IMG/VR virus record: IMGVR_UViG_3300030406_003150
Location: 14,122-78,121 of that record
Direction: 5' to 3' (one strand)
Source: a virus
DNA length: 64,000 nt
Part shown: positions 39,419 through 50,900 of the stretch, one piece after another
Numbering within the stretch: position 1 is the first letter of the stretch
How the letters are laid out: the number at the start of each line of letters is the position of its first letter
Translations under genes and position numbers: made by a program
The notes under the pieces: generated by a model
Seen by the model: the letters and a program-made list of their open reading frames with translations, nothing else
The model's database searches: none
What the model was told of the DNA's origin: nothing

Positions 39419-39849
39419 TTCTTAGCTTTCTCGATAGTTCTACCTGCAAAGTACGCACCAAATGCTGTAAGCATAAGCACCTGCAATAAGTCTATGTAGC
39501 TGTCCTTCACATTGAACGGCCAGTTGTCTAAGCTGTCGAGGATCATCGTAACCATAAACATGCTCATCAAAGCGATCAAAGTGATAGGGCGAATCAGCTT
39601 AGCTAGCTTCACGTCGCTGCCCATGTCAGCCTTCCATCGCTCAGTTACGTTCTTCTGGAACTCAATCTCTGCATCAACCATAGCAATACCTTCGTCAGTG
39701 TTTACATCTGGGTCTTTGTCAATCAAGTTCTTTACTATTCCAAGCGCCCCCTGATCAGGAAGCAACTCACCTACTGTGTCAAGCACGTTCGGGGCTTTGC
39801 TCTTGAGCCAAGCACCCAGCTTAGTATTCTTAATCTTTTTGTCTGCCAT
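39415..39849 (-). CDS. Holin (3TM/GTA holin-like)
   Basis: RWKADMGSD..LAKLIRP, transmembrane segments, FGAYFAGRTIEK. Confidence 0.75.
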   Translation of the reverse strand: MADKKIKNTKLGAWLKSKAPNVLDTVGELLPDQGALGIVKNLIDKDPDVNTDEGIAMVDAEIEFQKNVTERWKADMGSDVKLAKLIRPITLIALMSMFMVTMILDSLDNWPFNVKDSYIDLLQVLMLTAFGAYFAGRTIEKAKK

Positions 39850-39853
39850 CTTA

Positions 39854-42800
39854 TTATTGTTCTTGAGCCTGTACGAGCGCGTTAAACGCCTCTACGTTGG
39901 CCGTGTACATGTCTATCATCTCTTGGACTCTTTCATCGCCGTATATGGCTTTGTTTGCCTCCAGGGACTCTATCTTGTTATTGTATCTCTGCTTGGAAAC
40001 GATACTCATAGGGATTGCACCACCCCTAAGTATTTGGTCTACATCTCTTTTAGACATACCGCCATCGGAGAAAGAGGAGCCAATCTTATCTTCTGCCATG
40101 CCAAGCGTTCTACCTGTTTCTGCGTACCCCAAGACCGTATTGTTGAACTTGTCCTGAGCTTGCTTGTAAGCAGAGAAGGCTTTCTGTATTTCGTTCTCAG
40201 ACATGATCCTGTTTGTAGACAGGGACTTAAGCTGTTGCGATTGCAACTCGCTCATGATGCCTTTCTCCTCTCTAATCTTATTTTTAACAGCCTGATAGTA
40301 GTTCACTGTTGACTGTCGGAAACCAAGGAATCCAAGCAGAGCGTCTTCTGGTTTGTACTCTCGATACGTGCTCACCTTCTCTCCGAATATTTCTGGGCTA
40401 ATCTCCAATGCCCTCGCCATTTCTTGAGCGTTATTGTAAACGCCTGGACCAGCTTTCTTGGCGAGGTAGTTAACCATAGCCTTAGGGTCATTGAACACGC
40501 CATTAACGATTGGTATGGAGCTGACCTTCTCTCCCTCGCTGTAGATAGCGTTACCGAAAGAGTTTTCGTTTTTAAACAGTTCGAGCAAAGCCTTACTGGT
40601 AAGGTCAAATCCTACATAAGGACCGAGCGCCTCTTCCAGCGCATCAACCGCTCTCTTCCCGACGGTTTCGTCCTGAGGATTCTCCAGCAGGATTCTAATT
40701 GGCTTAATAACAACCTCCGACGGGAACAAAGCTGTACCATCGATAAACGTGGCGCTATTCTCATCCTTACCCATGTAGAGGAGTTCGGAATCTTCCTGAT
40801 AGAAAGGAACTAATGACCTAATTCTTTCGTCATCCTCATCTGTAAGTCCAAGCAAATGTTTAGATGCAGTGGATAGCGCTCCAATACCAACAGTAGCCAT
40901 AGTCATTCCAGCTAGCCTACTCATAGCCATCCTAGTTCTTCCAGCCTGCAAATCCTCTACAGCATATAACAAATTGTTTTTTGTGGTTCGAACCACTTCG
41001 TAGGGGAAAGAAACAAACGATCCAACAAACGGATTTCTTCTGATCTTCCTGATGGTTGGCGGAATGTAAGAATATGTAGGGTATCCACCTCGAATGCGCT
41101 CAGCAGCTTTATTAATAGCATCCAATTCGCTCATCCCGCTGTCCATGAGCTTGGCCTTCTCTTCATAAAAACCAGTCGTTTTATAGAAGTCATCACCAAA
41201 AGCATAAGCTTTCTTGGCAAAATCAAAAGCTTTTTTACCTGTAGCAACCCTTCTAGGATCTCCATAACTTGATGAAAAATCGTTTAGTGTAGCCATAAGC
41301 TCGCCAGACCTGGTTGCGTCACCTATAACCCCTAGCTTTATAAGTTCCTCTCTCTCTTTTTGCAACTGCTTTTTGTTTCTAACGGGTCCCCACGCCATCG
41401 CTGCTGACTTGCCAATCCTATCTGGACTCATGGCAAAAATGTGACCAGAATTTAAACCAAGAAGGATACCACTATACAAGTTTCTAAACGTAGTGGTTGG
41501 AGAAAGAACAGTCTTGCTGAGCTTACCATAGCTGGCAAGTCTTACAAGACTGTTGTATAAGTTATTGTTTACAGTTTCCAAAGGTCCAAGAGCATCCATA
41601 GCTTCTTTGAACTCTATGGGAACATACAAGTCTTTTAAGTAAGACCAATCATTAGAGTTTGGTGCCAGCTTAGTGTATCCTGGTTTAGGAGTTGCCGTTG
41701 CTATGCCCATGCCAAGCACGGCATCAGACAAATTTTGTTGATAGTCAATGCTAGCCAAAAAACCAGACAGCTGTTCGGTTGTGTTTGCGTAATTAAACAG
41801 CGGATCTTTAGCCTCTCCAAGCAGCTCTCTAAACGCCTCTGGTATATCCTTTCTTTTTCTTAAAAATCTGGCTGCTGCTGCACCCGCCCTGCCAACAGCC
41901 ATCTCTGAACCTTCACCCCGAACCAGATCATCAATGTATTTTACAACTTCTGCTTGAGCCTGTTCAAAGCTTAGGCCCTCAGCTGTCTGCAAGTACTCCA
42001 CGGCACCATCAAACTTCTTTCTGGCGACATCATTCATCTCCCCGTAAGGCATCATGAATCCCTTCAAATACTTGGGATCGGTAAACGCCTCGAAGCTTCT
42101 CTTTATATATTGTCCGTTATTAAACTGAATGGTTTCAATGAGTTCTTCAGTCGCCTTTTTTTGTTTTTCAGTTTTTACTCCTTCTTTGAGTTTTTGCTGT
42201 AAGACATTTACGATGTGCTTAGATAGGGTGTCTATTCTTTCTCTTGAATAATCAAGCACTTGCAAATCCTTTTGATCAAGGAAGCTCAAGTCTACTTCCT
42301 TGTCACCCGTCAGGTACTGATTGATCCTATCGTATCTGCTATTTGTTAGGTTTTCATTTGCGCCTTTTGACGCTTTCTTTCTGAGGTCATTAATTGCATT
42401 AGCCTCTACGTTAATTTTGTCGTTGTAAGCAGCAATATCTCTGTTTAGCTGTCTATATATTTCTGCAACCTCATTGTTTGCTCCAGCGTTAGATTTGAAA
42501 GTTCTATTCCAGAGTCTTCTTGCAGATCTATTAAGAGAAAACTTATCGTATGTCTTTCCGTTCAGAGAAATAGTGCCTCTCTTTCTGTGGAACAGCTTTT
42601 TGAGCCTAGACATCTGCGACTTAGGCTGCGCTTCTTGAAGCAAAGCCTCTTCGTCGAACCTCCACGTAGGGTATTCCTGCTTAGGCTGTTCTGGGGCTTC
42701 TGTTGGTTCTGCTGGTGTTTCTACGGCTTCTGGTTGAACTGGCTGCTCAGTGGGCTTACTAACACCCAGTCGATCAGCATACTCTATTGCTTCCTTTATA

Positions 42801-44521
42801 GTTCGGAATCCCTGACCCCAGTTGTTCTGATCTGAAGTTTCAGATGGGTCCGTTGTATCGTATGCAGCATACTGTCCGCTATCAGTTTTCCTAAGTAAAA
42901 AGTCACCATCTGGATGTCTTATAACGTAAGTTCCATCAGATATCTTTTCTCTTTTCACCTTCTTTACAGCCTCTGGTTGAACTGGCTCTGGCTGAACCTC
43001 GATAGGTTCTGGCTGCTTGGGCTCAATCGGCTCCACCTTAGCCGCCTCTACAGCGCGGTTAATTATTTCGTCAATCTCTGAGTCAATCTCGCTGAGTCTG
43101 TTCTTCCCCGACTTCAGCTTCGAGTTTACATATTTCTCGCGCTCCGTCTCCAAATCTACCAGCCTAGATCTATCCTCGCCCTTCACTCGTGGGTCAATCT
43201 CTGCGTCGATCTCTGCTTTGCGCTTCTTGGATGCAATCAAAGCGCTCACCTCAGCATCGTTCTTGACTTCTATCTTGTCAAGCAACCCAGCCTTAATCTG
43301 TTCATTCGTAGCGGTATTCACTACGTCAAGCACCTCGTTTCTGTTAGCAGCGCCCTTGTTTATGGAGTACTTAGGCGGGTTCAGAAGCACTGTGCCTACA
43401 GAGATAGGTGCTGTAGCCAGCCCAGCTACGCCTTCAAATCCAATCTCAGCTACGTCAAGCTCCTGACCAACAGCCACCCTTGCAGCGGTCTCTCCAGCAG
43501 CTCCAGACACAGACTCTCCAGCAAGGCCCACGCCAGTAGTCTTCAGCTTGCTGCCCGTCTTGGCAAGCACCTTGCCGCCCACCGATCGTACCACCCTGCC
43601 TCCGATGGCATCAAACACGCCAACAGTAGCACCCTTAGTCAGAGCCTTATTTCGCATTCTAGCGTAGGCTTCTGGGTCCTGCATCACAGCGAGCACGTTA
43701 TCTACGTTGAACTCTCTCTCGCCTAGCTCCTCGTTCAGGAATTCTGAAAAAGAAGCAGCCGTCTCCAGCGTCCCACTCATCACACCGAGGGCAGTAGGCA
43801 TAGTGGCAGCAATACCTGCGGCAGTGCCTACGCCTGGGGCTACAGAGCCAGCAACAGCTCCGCCACCCATAATGGCAGCACCTTCTGCTAAAGATACTTT
43901 GTTCGCCATGCCAGCCATGGACTGCAAGAATATCTCAGGGAGTACGCTAGGGTTATTTGCCAGCCCCTTGAAGAACCCGAATGGTCCGCTACCGTTCTCT
44001 TCGTAAATCTTGTTGAACGAGCGCATCTCGTCGCTCATACCTACGCTCTCTTGCTGGCGCTGCCAGTCCTTTACAGTATCTACGTAAGTCTGTACAGTCT
44101 CTCTGTCTACGTCTGTGCCACCGTACATAAGCTTGAGGGTCTCGTCTATCTTGGCACCTTCGCCCTGACCAGTGTAAATGGCTCTGGCTGTGTCGTCAAT
44201 GAAGTCCCCCACTACTGGGATGGAGTTTAGAAACTCACCAAACGATCCTCCAATAAAGTTTTTCTCTGCTTCTGGGTTAGGATTTGTGACTTGTGTGAAG
44301 TCCAAATCTGTAGAGGCCACCTCGGAATCTGGCATAAACGCCATAAAAGGGTTTTGAGAGAGCGATTCCGAAGAGTCTTTTTTTTTTACGATCATGTCCT
44401 GGTAGACAGGATACTTCTCCAGCATCCTGTTAGCCAAGTCAAGGTTATCTAAGGCCTCGTACTGAGGGTACTTAGACTTAATCATTTGAGCGAACTCCTC
44501 TAATGTGTACTTATCCTCCAT
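39854..44521 (-). CDS. Large ejection (internal virion) protein
   Basis: 1555 aa, helical, Gly/Ala-rich N-terminal region; last of three genes downstream of the muzzle. Confidence 0.6.
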   Translation of the reverse strand: MEDKYTLEEFAQMIKSKYPQYEALDNLDLANRMLEKYPVYQDMIVKKKDSSESLSQNPFMAFMPDSEVASTDLDFTQVTNPNPEAEKNFIGGSFGEFLNSIPVVGDFIDDTARAIYTGQGEGAKIDETLKLMYGGTDVDRETVQTYVDTVKDWQRQQESVGMSDEMRSFNKIYEENGSGPFGFFKGLANNPSVLPEIFLQSMAGMANKVSLAEGAAIMGGGAVAGSVAPGVGTAAGIAATMPTALGVMSGTLETAASFSEFLNEELGEREFNVDNVLAVMQDPEAYARMRNKALTKGATVGVFDAIGGRVVRSVGGKVLAKTGSKLKTTGVGLAGESVSGAAGETAARVAVGQELDVAEIGFEGVAGLATAPISVGTVLLNPPKYSINKGAANRNEVLDVVNTATNEQIKAGLLDKIEVKNDAEVSALIASKKRKAEIDAEIDPRVKGEDRSRLVDLETEREKYVNSKLKSGKNRLSEIDSEIDEIINRAVEAAKVEPIEPKQPEPIEVQPEPVQPEAVKKVKREKISDGTYVIRHPDGDFLLRKTDSGQYAAYDTTDPSETSDQNNWGQGFRTIKEAIEYADRLGVSKPTEQPVQPEAVETPAEPTEAPEQPKQEYPTWRFDEEALLQEAQPKSQMSRLKKLFHRKRGTISLNGKTYDKFSLNRSARRLWNRTFKSNAGANNEVAEIYRQLNRDIAAYNDKINVEANAINDLRKKASKGANENLTNSRYDRINQYLTGDKEVDLSFLDQKDLQVLDYSRERIDTLSKHIVNVLQQKLKEGVKTEKQKKATEELIETIQFNNGQYIKRSFEAFTDPKYLKGFMMPYGEMNDVARKKFDGAVEYLQTAEGLSFEQAQAEVVKYIDDLVRGEGSEMAVGRAGAAAARFLRKRKDIPEAFRELLGEAKDPLFNYANTTEQLSGFLASIDYQQNLSDAVLGMGIATATPKPGYTKLAPNSNDWSYLKDLYVPIEFKEAMDALGPLETVNNNLYNSLVRLASYGKLSKTVLSPTTTFRNLYSGILLGLNSGHIFAMSPDRIGKSAAMAWGPVRNKKQLQKEREELIKLGVIGDATRSGELMATLNDFSSSYGDPRRVATGKKAFDFAKKAYAFGDDFYKTTGFYEEKAKLMDSGMSELDAINKAAERIRGGYPTYSYIPPTIRKIRRNPFVGSFVSFPYEVVRTTKNNLLYAVEDLQAGRTRMAMSRLAGMTMATVGIGALSTASKHLLGLTDEDDERIRSLVPFYQEDSELLYMGKDENSATFIDGTALFPSEVVIKPIRILLENPQDETVGKRAVDALEEALGPYVGFDLTSKALLELFKNENSFGNAIYSEGEKVSSIPIVNGVFNDPKAMVNYLAKKAGPGVYNNAQEMARALEISPEIFGEKVSTYREYKPEDALLGFLGFRQSTVNYYQAVKNKIREEKGIMSELQSQQLKSLSTNRIMSENEIQKAFSAYKQAQDKFNNTVLGYAETGRTLGMAEDKIGSSFSDGGMSKRDVDQILRGGAIPMSIVSKQRYNNKIESLEANKAIYGDERVQEMIDMYTANVEAFNALVQAQEQ

Positions 44522-44522
44522 A

Positions 44523-45962
44523 CTATTGTTGTTGCCTCAGAATTCCCAGTGGATCGTCGTTTACTGACGCTTGAGTTCCCGCAGCGGGTTGTTGTTCATC
44601 CTGACCCTGGAAGTAGCTGACGTTTCTTATAGCTCTATCTGGGTCCAACAGCATTTCAAGGGTAAGCTCACCCTCATACGCCTCGTTCATAGCTTGTCTA
44701 AGCTGCTCAAGGATGTCTTGCTCCTGCTCATTAGGCTGTGCATAGTTCACTCTGTATTCACCCTTTAGGCCACCTTTAATAACAAGCATGTCCATCTCTG
44801 GGAAGACCTGAATGGTCCTAACTTTCTCGTTTACAATTGGAGTCTTCTTCAGCCTAATTTTACTGGCGTCATCATAAGGGGACTCTTTGTACAATGGGTC
44901 GTACTCAGGGTTCGGTAAGTCAAGACCTTTACCCTTCTCAAGCTCAGTCATTACGTAGTTTTGCCCTACAGCATCTTGATCTGGACCCAATGTATCGGCA
45001 AATCGTCCATACTGTTGGAGCTCCTCCTGAGTGATCTCAGCCCTGGTTCTGTTCTCGATTACATCTACAGAAAGCTGCTTAGACGAACCGCCCGTAGCGT
45101 CGGGTTTGTCCATCCCCAACAAATCTAGAGCAGCTTCAACATATCTGTTTTTGAAATCAATAACACCTGCCTCAAGATCAGAGTAAAAGTTATTTGCGCT
45201 AGCAGAATAAACCTTACTGGTGTCATATTTATCAAGCATATCGTCCTTTATATCCGCTCTAATTTTTTCAGGGGGCTCACCAGCGGCTACCAAATCATTA
45301 GCAGTAGCACGATAAAGAGCAGCAAACTGTTCAGGTGTTACATTATCCTGAGGGCCAAAGTCCCGCGTATAGTAGCCCTGTCTATTAATGCCTGGAGCGT
45401 TTAATATATTTCCAATCTCACCGAGTGACTCTCCGCTAGCACCTACATACTGAGCAGTAATGCTTCCATCAGGATTTACAGTGTATTCACCAATACCGCC
45501 AGCGTCATATTCGGCATCGTGCTCTAAAAGTTGTGCTGCGTCACCTGTAAACTTTGAAGTTTCAGTATCTAGTGATCCTATCTGATATACGCCCTTCTCA
45601 TATTCTTTTCTTTGTGGAGCAACCTCTTCAGCGTGGTTCTTGAAAAAATCATAAGAAATTGACACATTATCGAATATGGTGCTTGCCATGGGGTCACCGT
45701 TTCGGAACGCATTGGCCGCCAATAGTCTTTGCTCTTCAAAAATATCTCTATGTTTTTCAGCCCACCCACTAGTATCGTAGCCTCGGAGTTCTTTTAGATT
45801 CTCATCTCGCTGCCTTCTTCTAGCGGTTTCTCTAGCTAGATTGTTTCTAGCAGCAGCAGCCATCAAAGGGCCTAGGTTTTGTGTGCCCTGAGTTATTGCC
45901 TCACTAAATGTTTTGCTAGGCTGTAAAGGGGCTACGTAAGCTGGAACTGGACCGTTTGCCAT
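44523..45962 (-). CDS. Ejection protein
   Basis: 479 aa; position in the ejection cluster. Confidence 0.5.
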   Translation of the reverse strand: MANGPVPAYVAPLQPSKTFSEAITQGTQNLGPLMAAAARNNLARETARRRQRDENLKELRGYDTSGWAEKHRDIFEEQRLLAANAFRNGDPMASTIFDNVSISYDFFKNHAEEVAPQRKEYEKGVYQIGSLDTETSKFTGDAAQLLEHDAEYDAGGIGEYTVNPDGSITAQYVGASGESLGEIGNILNAPGINRQGYYTRDFGPQDNVTPEQFAALYRATANDLVAAGEPPEKIRADIKDDMLDKYDTSKVYSASANNFYSDLEAGVIDFKNRYVEAALDLLGMDKPDATGGSSKQLSVDVIENRTRAEITQEELQQYGRFADTLGPDQDAVGQNYVMTELEKGKGLDLPNPEYDPLYKESPYDDASKIRLKKTPIVNEKVRTIQVFPEMDMLVIKGGLKGEYRVNYAQPNEQEQDILEQLRQAMNEAYEGELTLEMLLDPDRAIRNVSYFQGQDEQQPAAGTQASVNDDPLGILRQQQ

Positions 45963-46921
45963 TACGCTTCATTAAATTGTGGTTCCTCTAAAAACTTAGC
46001 GGCTTTGAATAGTTCAAGCAGCTGCTCGTAAGTAGGCTCCTCTTTATTGATCATAGCATACGCCTCTTGCAAGCCTGACGACTGCTCTGGGTTAATGATA
46101 AACTCACCCCCCGTAGCTTCGGCTTCTTTTACGCCAGTCTCTTCGTCTACGATAGCCTTCTTGTTGGTGCTGTGATCGAACTCTCCCCCTAGCTTTTGCA
46201 CTGGGGGCTGCTTTGAATCTTGCAATATTGCAATCATCACATCTTCTTTCATCTCTCCTCCGTGACCGTACTTTATCTTGCCTCCTTTTTCCTTCGTAAT
46301 GTCTCCAAAAGCCCCAGCCCCAGCAAGTGCGGTTCCAATGCCAAGGATGTTCTGTAAGGCCCCAGGAAAAGCAGAAGCCTTCTGAGCTTTAAGCTGTTCT
46401 ATGTTCTGAGCAGCTGTAGCTTCAGATCCCATGGCTCTTTGCAGCTTGAGTTGCTCTAAGTTTCTCTGTAAATCTATGTTACCAGTCAAAGCGGCTTGTT
46501 CTAACCCAGCTAATCTACCCTCTGCTGCTAGCTCTCTAGACAAATCGGCTTGCTGTGCAGCCGTAGTTGCCTGTTGAGTAGCCTGTGTGAGTCCTGGTAC
46601 AGCCCCCATCAAAGCTCTAGGGTCAGTAGCTAAAGCCTCTAACGCAGTAGCCTGCTGTGCAGCTATAGGTGACAAGTCTGTAGGGCGCATACCCGCCTTA
46701 GCCAGTTGTTTTTCTGCCTCGGAAACGGTGTACTTTACGTCAGCCAACGAGCCAAAAGCAGACTGAACGTCTTGCCTGGCTTGGTCTAAAAGAGGCTGCT
46801 GAGCTTTTATTCTTTTTTTAGCAGTAAAAAAATCCGCAATACCCCCTGCTAATGGAATTCCGACGCCAGCTATAATCGCAGCAAGTTGTCCACCCGTTAA
46901 GTATTTCTTGGTTTCAGCCAT
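45962..46921 (-). CDS. Ejection/cargo protein
   Basis: Hydrophobic N-terminus, Q/A coiled coil, EKGGKIKYGHGG, GGEFDH...EATGGEFIINP. Confidence 0.55.
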   Translation of the reverse strand: MAETKKYLTGGQLAAIIAGVGIPLAGGIADFFTAKKRIKAQQPLLDQARQDVQSAFGSLADVKYTVSEAEKQLAKAGMRPTDLSPIAAQQATALEALATDPRALMGAVPGLTQATQQATTAAQQADLSRELAAEGRLAGLEQAALTGNIDLQRNLEQLKLQRAMGSEATAAQNIEQLKAQKASAFPGALQNILGIGTALAGAGAFGDITKEKGGKIKYGHGGEMKEDVMIAILQDSKQPPVQKLGGEFDHSTNKKAIVDEETGVKEAEATGGEFIINPEQSSGLQEAYAMINKEEPTYEQLLELFKAAKFLEEPQFNEA

Positions 46922-46932
46922 CGTTTACAAAT

Positions 46933-47934
46933 TTAAGCGTTTTGATTTAAACCCTTATCTAGCTTAGAAAAGGCGTATTCTGCGTTAATAGAGTGAAGTT
47001 CCAAAGGTTTTGAGCTAGCAGATTCTAACCTAAGGTTTAAATATGGACCCCTCATCTCATCACCGTTGATTTCAGCTGGAGAAACAGCAAAAAGGTTTGA
47101 AGCTGTAGTAAGATACTGCTCAAAAGCTTGGAGGTATAATGTAATAAAACTAGAATCACCTAAGAAATTTGACGGGATAGGCAAACTTAAAGTCATAACT
47201 CCATTACCAATAGAAACAATGTTTATATCAAGCCCCAATAATGAATTCTCTAGCACTATAAAAGGAGGAGTAACAGAAGAAAAAGAAGAAAGTGTTTGCA
47301 ACTGACCTGACAAATCGGGATCATCAAAAGAAGCCAAGAGAATTATTGAGTTGCCAAAAGGAGCCGAAGGAAAAGAGCTTACCTCTATGGCATTTAGATT
47401 TACATCGACTAACACATTAGGGTTACCTTCTAGAAGTATCTCTTGCAAAACCTCTGAAAACAGTCCTTCTATGGAAGTAGCGCCAGGTACAGGAACTATG
47501 TTAGCACTAGAGTTCAACCTAGATCTTGGGACCTCCAAATACTTAAACCCTTCTTTGTCCTCAAGGATCTTAGATGTCAACAAACTTTGCTGATTGTTTG
47601 AGTCGTCGTACTCTTGGTTAGTGCTAAATATGTATGACCAATTATTTCTGTTCGTCTCTAAAGAAACAGACTTAAATATCTTTACAGAAGAGGGGTCATC
47701 ATTAAAAGATAGCTCTATACTAGACTTGTTTTTAACTCCATAGAAGTCATTTCTAGCTGAGTTCTTGTCATGCAGCCACGCTGTGCCTATGTTGTCTTTA
47801 AACGACAGCATTTCGTCACCAGAGGAAGCGTAACAAGTCGGGACAAAAGAGTACCTAGTTGTCCAAGCGCTTTGCCTTTCTGAGTAAGCAAACGTAGCTT
47901 CAAACCCGTTTGATGTTAAAGGTATATCTGCCAT
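46933..47934 (-). CDS. Separately encoded C-terminal part of the muzzle protein
   Basis: TFAYSE...WTTRYSFVP, FYG, FNDDPSSVKIFKSVSLE, KEGF.Y, MRGPY motifs, which I recognise as the usual end of this family. Confidence 0.6.
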   Translation of the reverse strand: MADIPLTSNGFEATFAYSERQSAWTTRYSFVPTCYASSGDEMLSFKDNIGTAWLHDKNSARNDFYGVKNKSSIELSFNDDPSSVKIFKSVSLETNRNNWSYIFSTNQEYDDSNNQQSLLTSKILEDKEGFKYLEVPRSRLNSSANIVPVPGATSIEGLFSEVLQEILLEGNPNVLVDVNLNAIEVSSFPSAPFGNSIILLASFDDPDLSGQLQTLSSFSSVTPPFIVLENSLLGLDINIVSIGNGVMTLSLPIPSNFLGDSSFITLYLQAFEQYLTTASNLFAVSPAEINGDEMRGPYLNLRLESASSKPLELHSINAEYAFSKLDKGLNQNA

Positions 47935-47939
47935 GGATG

Positions 47940-50900
47940 TTACAGATTAAAAGCTGGGTCATTTAAACTGTACGAAGTGCCTTGCTCTTGCGTTCCAAAT
48001 CCCCAAGTGCCTAACATGTTTAATAAATCTGCAGCGCTAATTTGATTGTCTTCGTTAGAATCAGCTTTTGCAGCTAACTTAACGTAGCTAGCAAGATAGA
48101 AATACTGTGCTACAGTCATAGTCCCATCGTCTATCAACCACAATATTGTTTCTAAAGAAGACGGTCCAGCAGGAATTCCTCCTTGGTCTGGAGTTGGCGT
48201 GCTAGCAAAGGCAGGTTCGTCAGGATCGGTTGTTACTCCGAATACTTGAAGCATTTGAATTAAATCAAAAGTATTTACTGGTCCCTGTTCGTTTAGGTTA
48301 AGACTAAAGTTGTCATTGATTTGAGCTCTAAGCAGGTGGTACTCCCCTACTGTAAGCTCATTCTGAACAAACAAATAGTTTATGGCTCCATCAACACTTT
48401 TAAAGTAGTTTACCGTAGTCGGCTTTGGTTTACTTGGAGGTGGTGGGGTAGCTTTAGGTAGCGGAGGAGTGGATGTTGCTGGTATCAAACCAGAGAACAT
48501 ACCAGTGCCTTCAATGTACTCCTCTCCAAAATTTTCAGCGAACAGTAAAAAATCACCAACCGTATCAATCAGTTGGTTTCCATTTAAATCAAACCTAGCC
48601 ATCTTTACGTTGGTTTGATTGTCCACTGCGCTCTCCATGAAGTTTCTTAAATCTAATAGCGTAGGCTCACCTGCGGTGCCTTGTAAGTCTTGTAGGTATT
48701 GGAATGCTAATTCTTTGCTCATGTCTTGATCTGTTAAGTCAGTTCCATAAAAATCATTGTATGCTTGTGTAAACGGAGAAAGCGCTTCACCGTCAGAGTC
48801 ATCTTCCGATCCGTCATCACCATTACCTTCATCTTCTGATTCTTTAAACAAAACGGTTAGTGGTAAATCTAGAATTGGTGTGTCTGGGTCGTTGCTGTAT
48901 ATCTCTAAGAAGCTATTTATTGGTCCATCTTCCTCTGGAATTATGATAGAAATCAATATTGTTTCTGATCCACTAGGCTGTATCACCATTGGATTGTCGG
49001 CGCTAACATTAGCGTTAGCAGAGACCAACTCAAAGTTTATGGCCTCACCATCGTTTATATCAAAGTCGGTTATAATCAGATTGGCTGATCCAGTATTAGA
49101 TACTATTACCTGTTTTGGAGTAACAGTGTCTGTAAGGGTTAGCACTCCGAAATCTAAAACATCCGAAGGGTTTATTACTATGTTTGGCTCAAGCTCTTCT
49201 ACGGGAGTTACATCATCTTCTTGCGTCTCTTGGACAACCTCTTGGACAAAGCTTGTGCTCCTTACGGGGATGTTTACAATGGACAACAAATACTCTTCTT
49301 TTAGAGTATCATAGCCTCCTACTACGCGGACATTATCACCTACTTCTATGGCTTTTTGTAAAGAAGCTCTAATCAAAGAAGACATACCCTTCTCAGATAT
49401 TTCTTCAACACCAGACTGCCTAGTAAATCTGTAAACTTTAGACAGAGATTTATTACAGAAGTAAACTTGCTGACCTGAATCATAAACAGAAGAAGGATCA
49501 TCATCACATCCTGAAACACCAGGGTATGCTATAACTTCTCCAAGCACATTTAGTGAAGCTATAATCTGTTGATTGCCTGAAGCATCCGACAGCACATTTT
49601 TGTTTACAGGAACGATACTGACTTTTTCTTTCTGAATGACTACTATGTAATCGTTGTGGTTGGCTATGTACTCTATATCTCCGTAACGATCTGATAAGTC
49701 TTTGAAGTTTGCTAGAGAAGAGTTAAAAGAAGAATACCTGATTCTAAATGATTCAGGGTTACTAGGGTCTGAGTAAGTTATAGTAGCCTCCCTTTTAGTC
49801 TCTGCTGCATCTTCGAATATGACGTTTGGTCTACCTCTAGAAAAAGAATCTGATTTAAATAAATCTGTAGCGGACTGCGTTTCTAAGAATACATTCTTAA
49901 AGTTGGGCTGAGGTGCAGGATCTGCGCCGTCATCGTCGGGTATGATGTCTACATACTCTCCGTTTTCAAACTCTCTAATATTTGTAGCAACTGGTCTGAA
50001 CCAGACATCGCCATTCTTTACTACAACAGGATTTACATCATGAACTAAGTTGCCAAAGTTGTTTTTTACGACTTTATAGTGATCACTTATCTCATAGTAA
50101 ATCTGATCTTCTACGTCTATAGACTTCTTTGGAGTGCGTATCTCTACAATACAGTTCTTTCCCCAGTTATGGAAGTCTGACAATACATCAGCATGGCTAA
50201 ATCCAAAAGCCTCTGGATTATCTTTTATTACTAGAAACTCTCCTTGTTGATTTTGCTCAGGGTTATTGGATAATGGATTTTCTGCATCACCCAAAATGAC
50301 TAAATCAACTACATCAAACTCATAATCTTTGTAATTGATTCCCGCACCATCAAAGTAAGATATCACCCTTAGTTTATCACCCTCTTCAAATTTGTAAAGA
50401 TTCAAGCCACCCTCTTGAGTTCTTGCTCCAAAAGCGTTGACATAAGAAACTGGGTGTCCTTGCAAATAATTTAAGGAAACGTATATGTTTTTGTTAAAGT
50501 CAGAGGCTTCAACATCATCTGGGTCTCCACCAACAAAAGCGCCACCTGCACTGTACTGAACGAAGTCTTGAACTGTGCTGTTTTCTCCGTAAACTATTTT
50601 GTAGCTATGAGCCCAATCGGGAGGCGTACCAGTAAGCTGTAAAGACACTTCTACTGCACCTTTGCCATCATTGCCCAGCCCTCTCTCTTCATTTGTATAT
50701 CCCTCAACAAAGGCGGTAGTTAAGTAGTCCACAAATCCGTGCCTGCCTCTTTCGTCATAATAAACAATACCGAAGTCGTGGCTAGCCTCCGTTTTAAAAG
50801 ACTCTACACCACCAAAATCAAAAGATCCGCTGGCAAAATTTACAGTTTTGTTTAGCTCTACTGCGGATTGCTGTCTTGAAAAGTCTACGCTGTCAGACTC

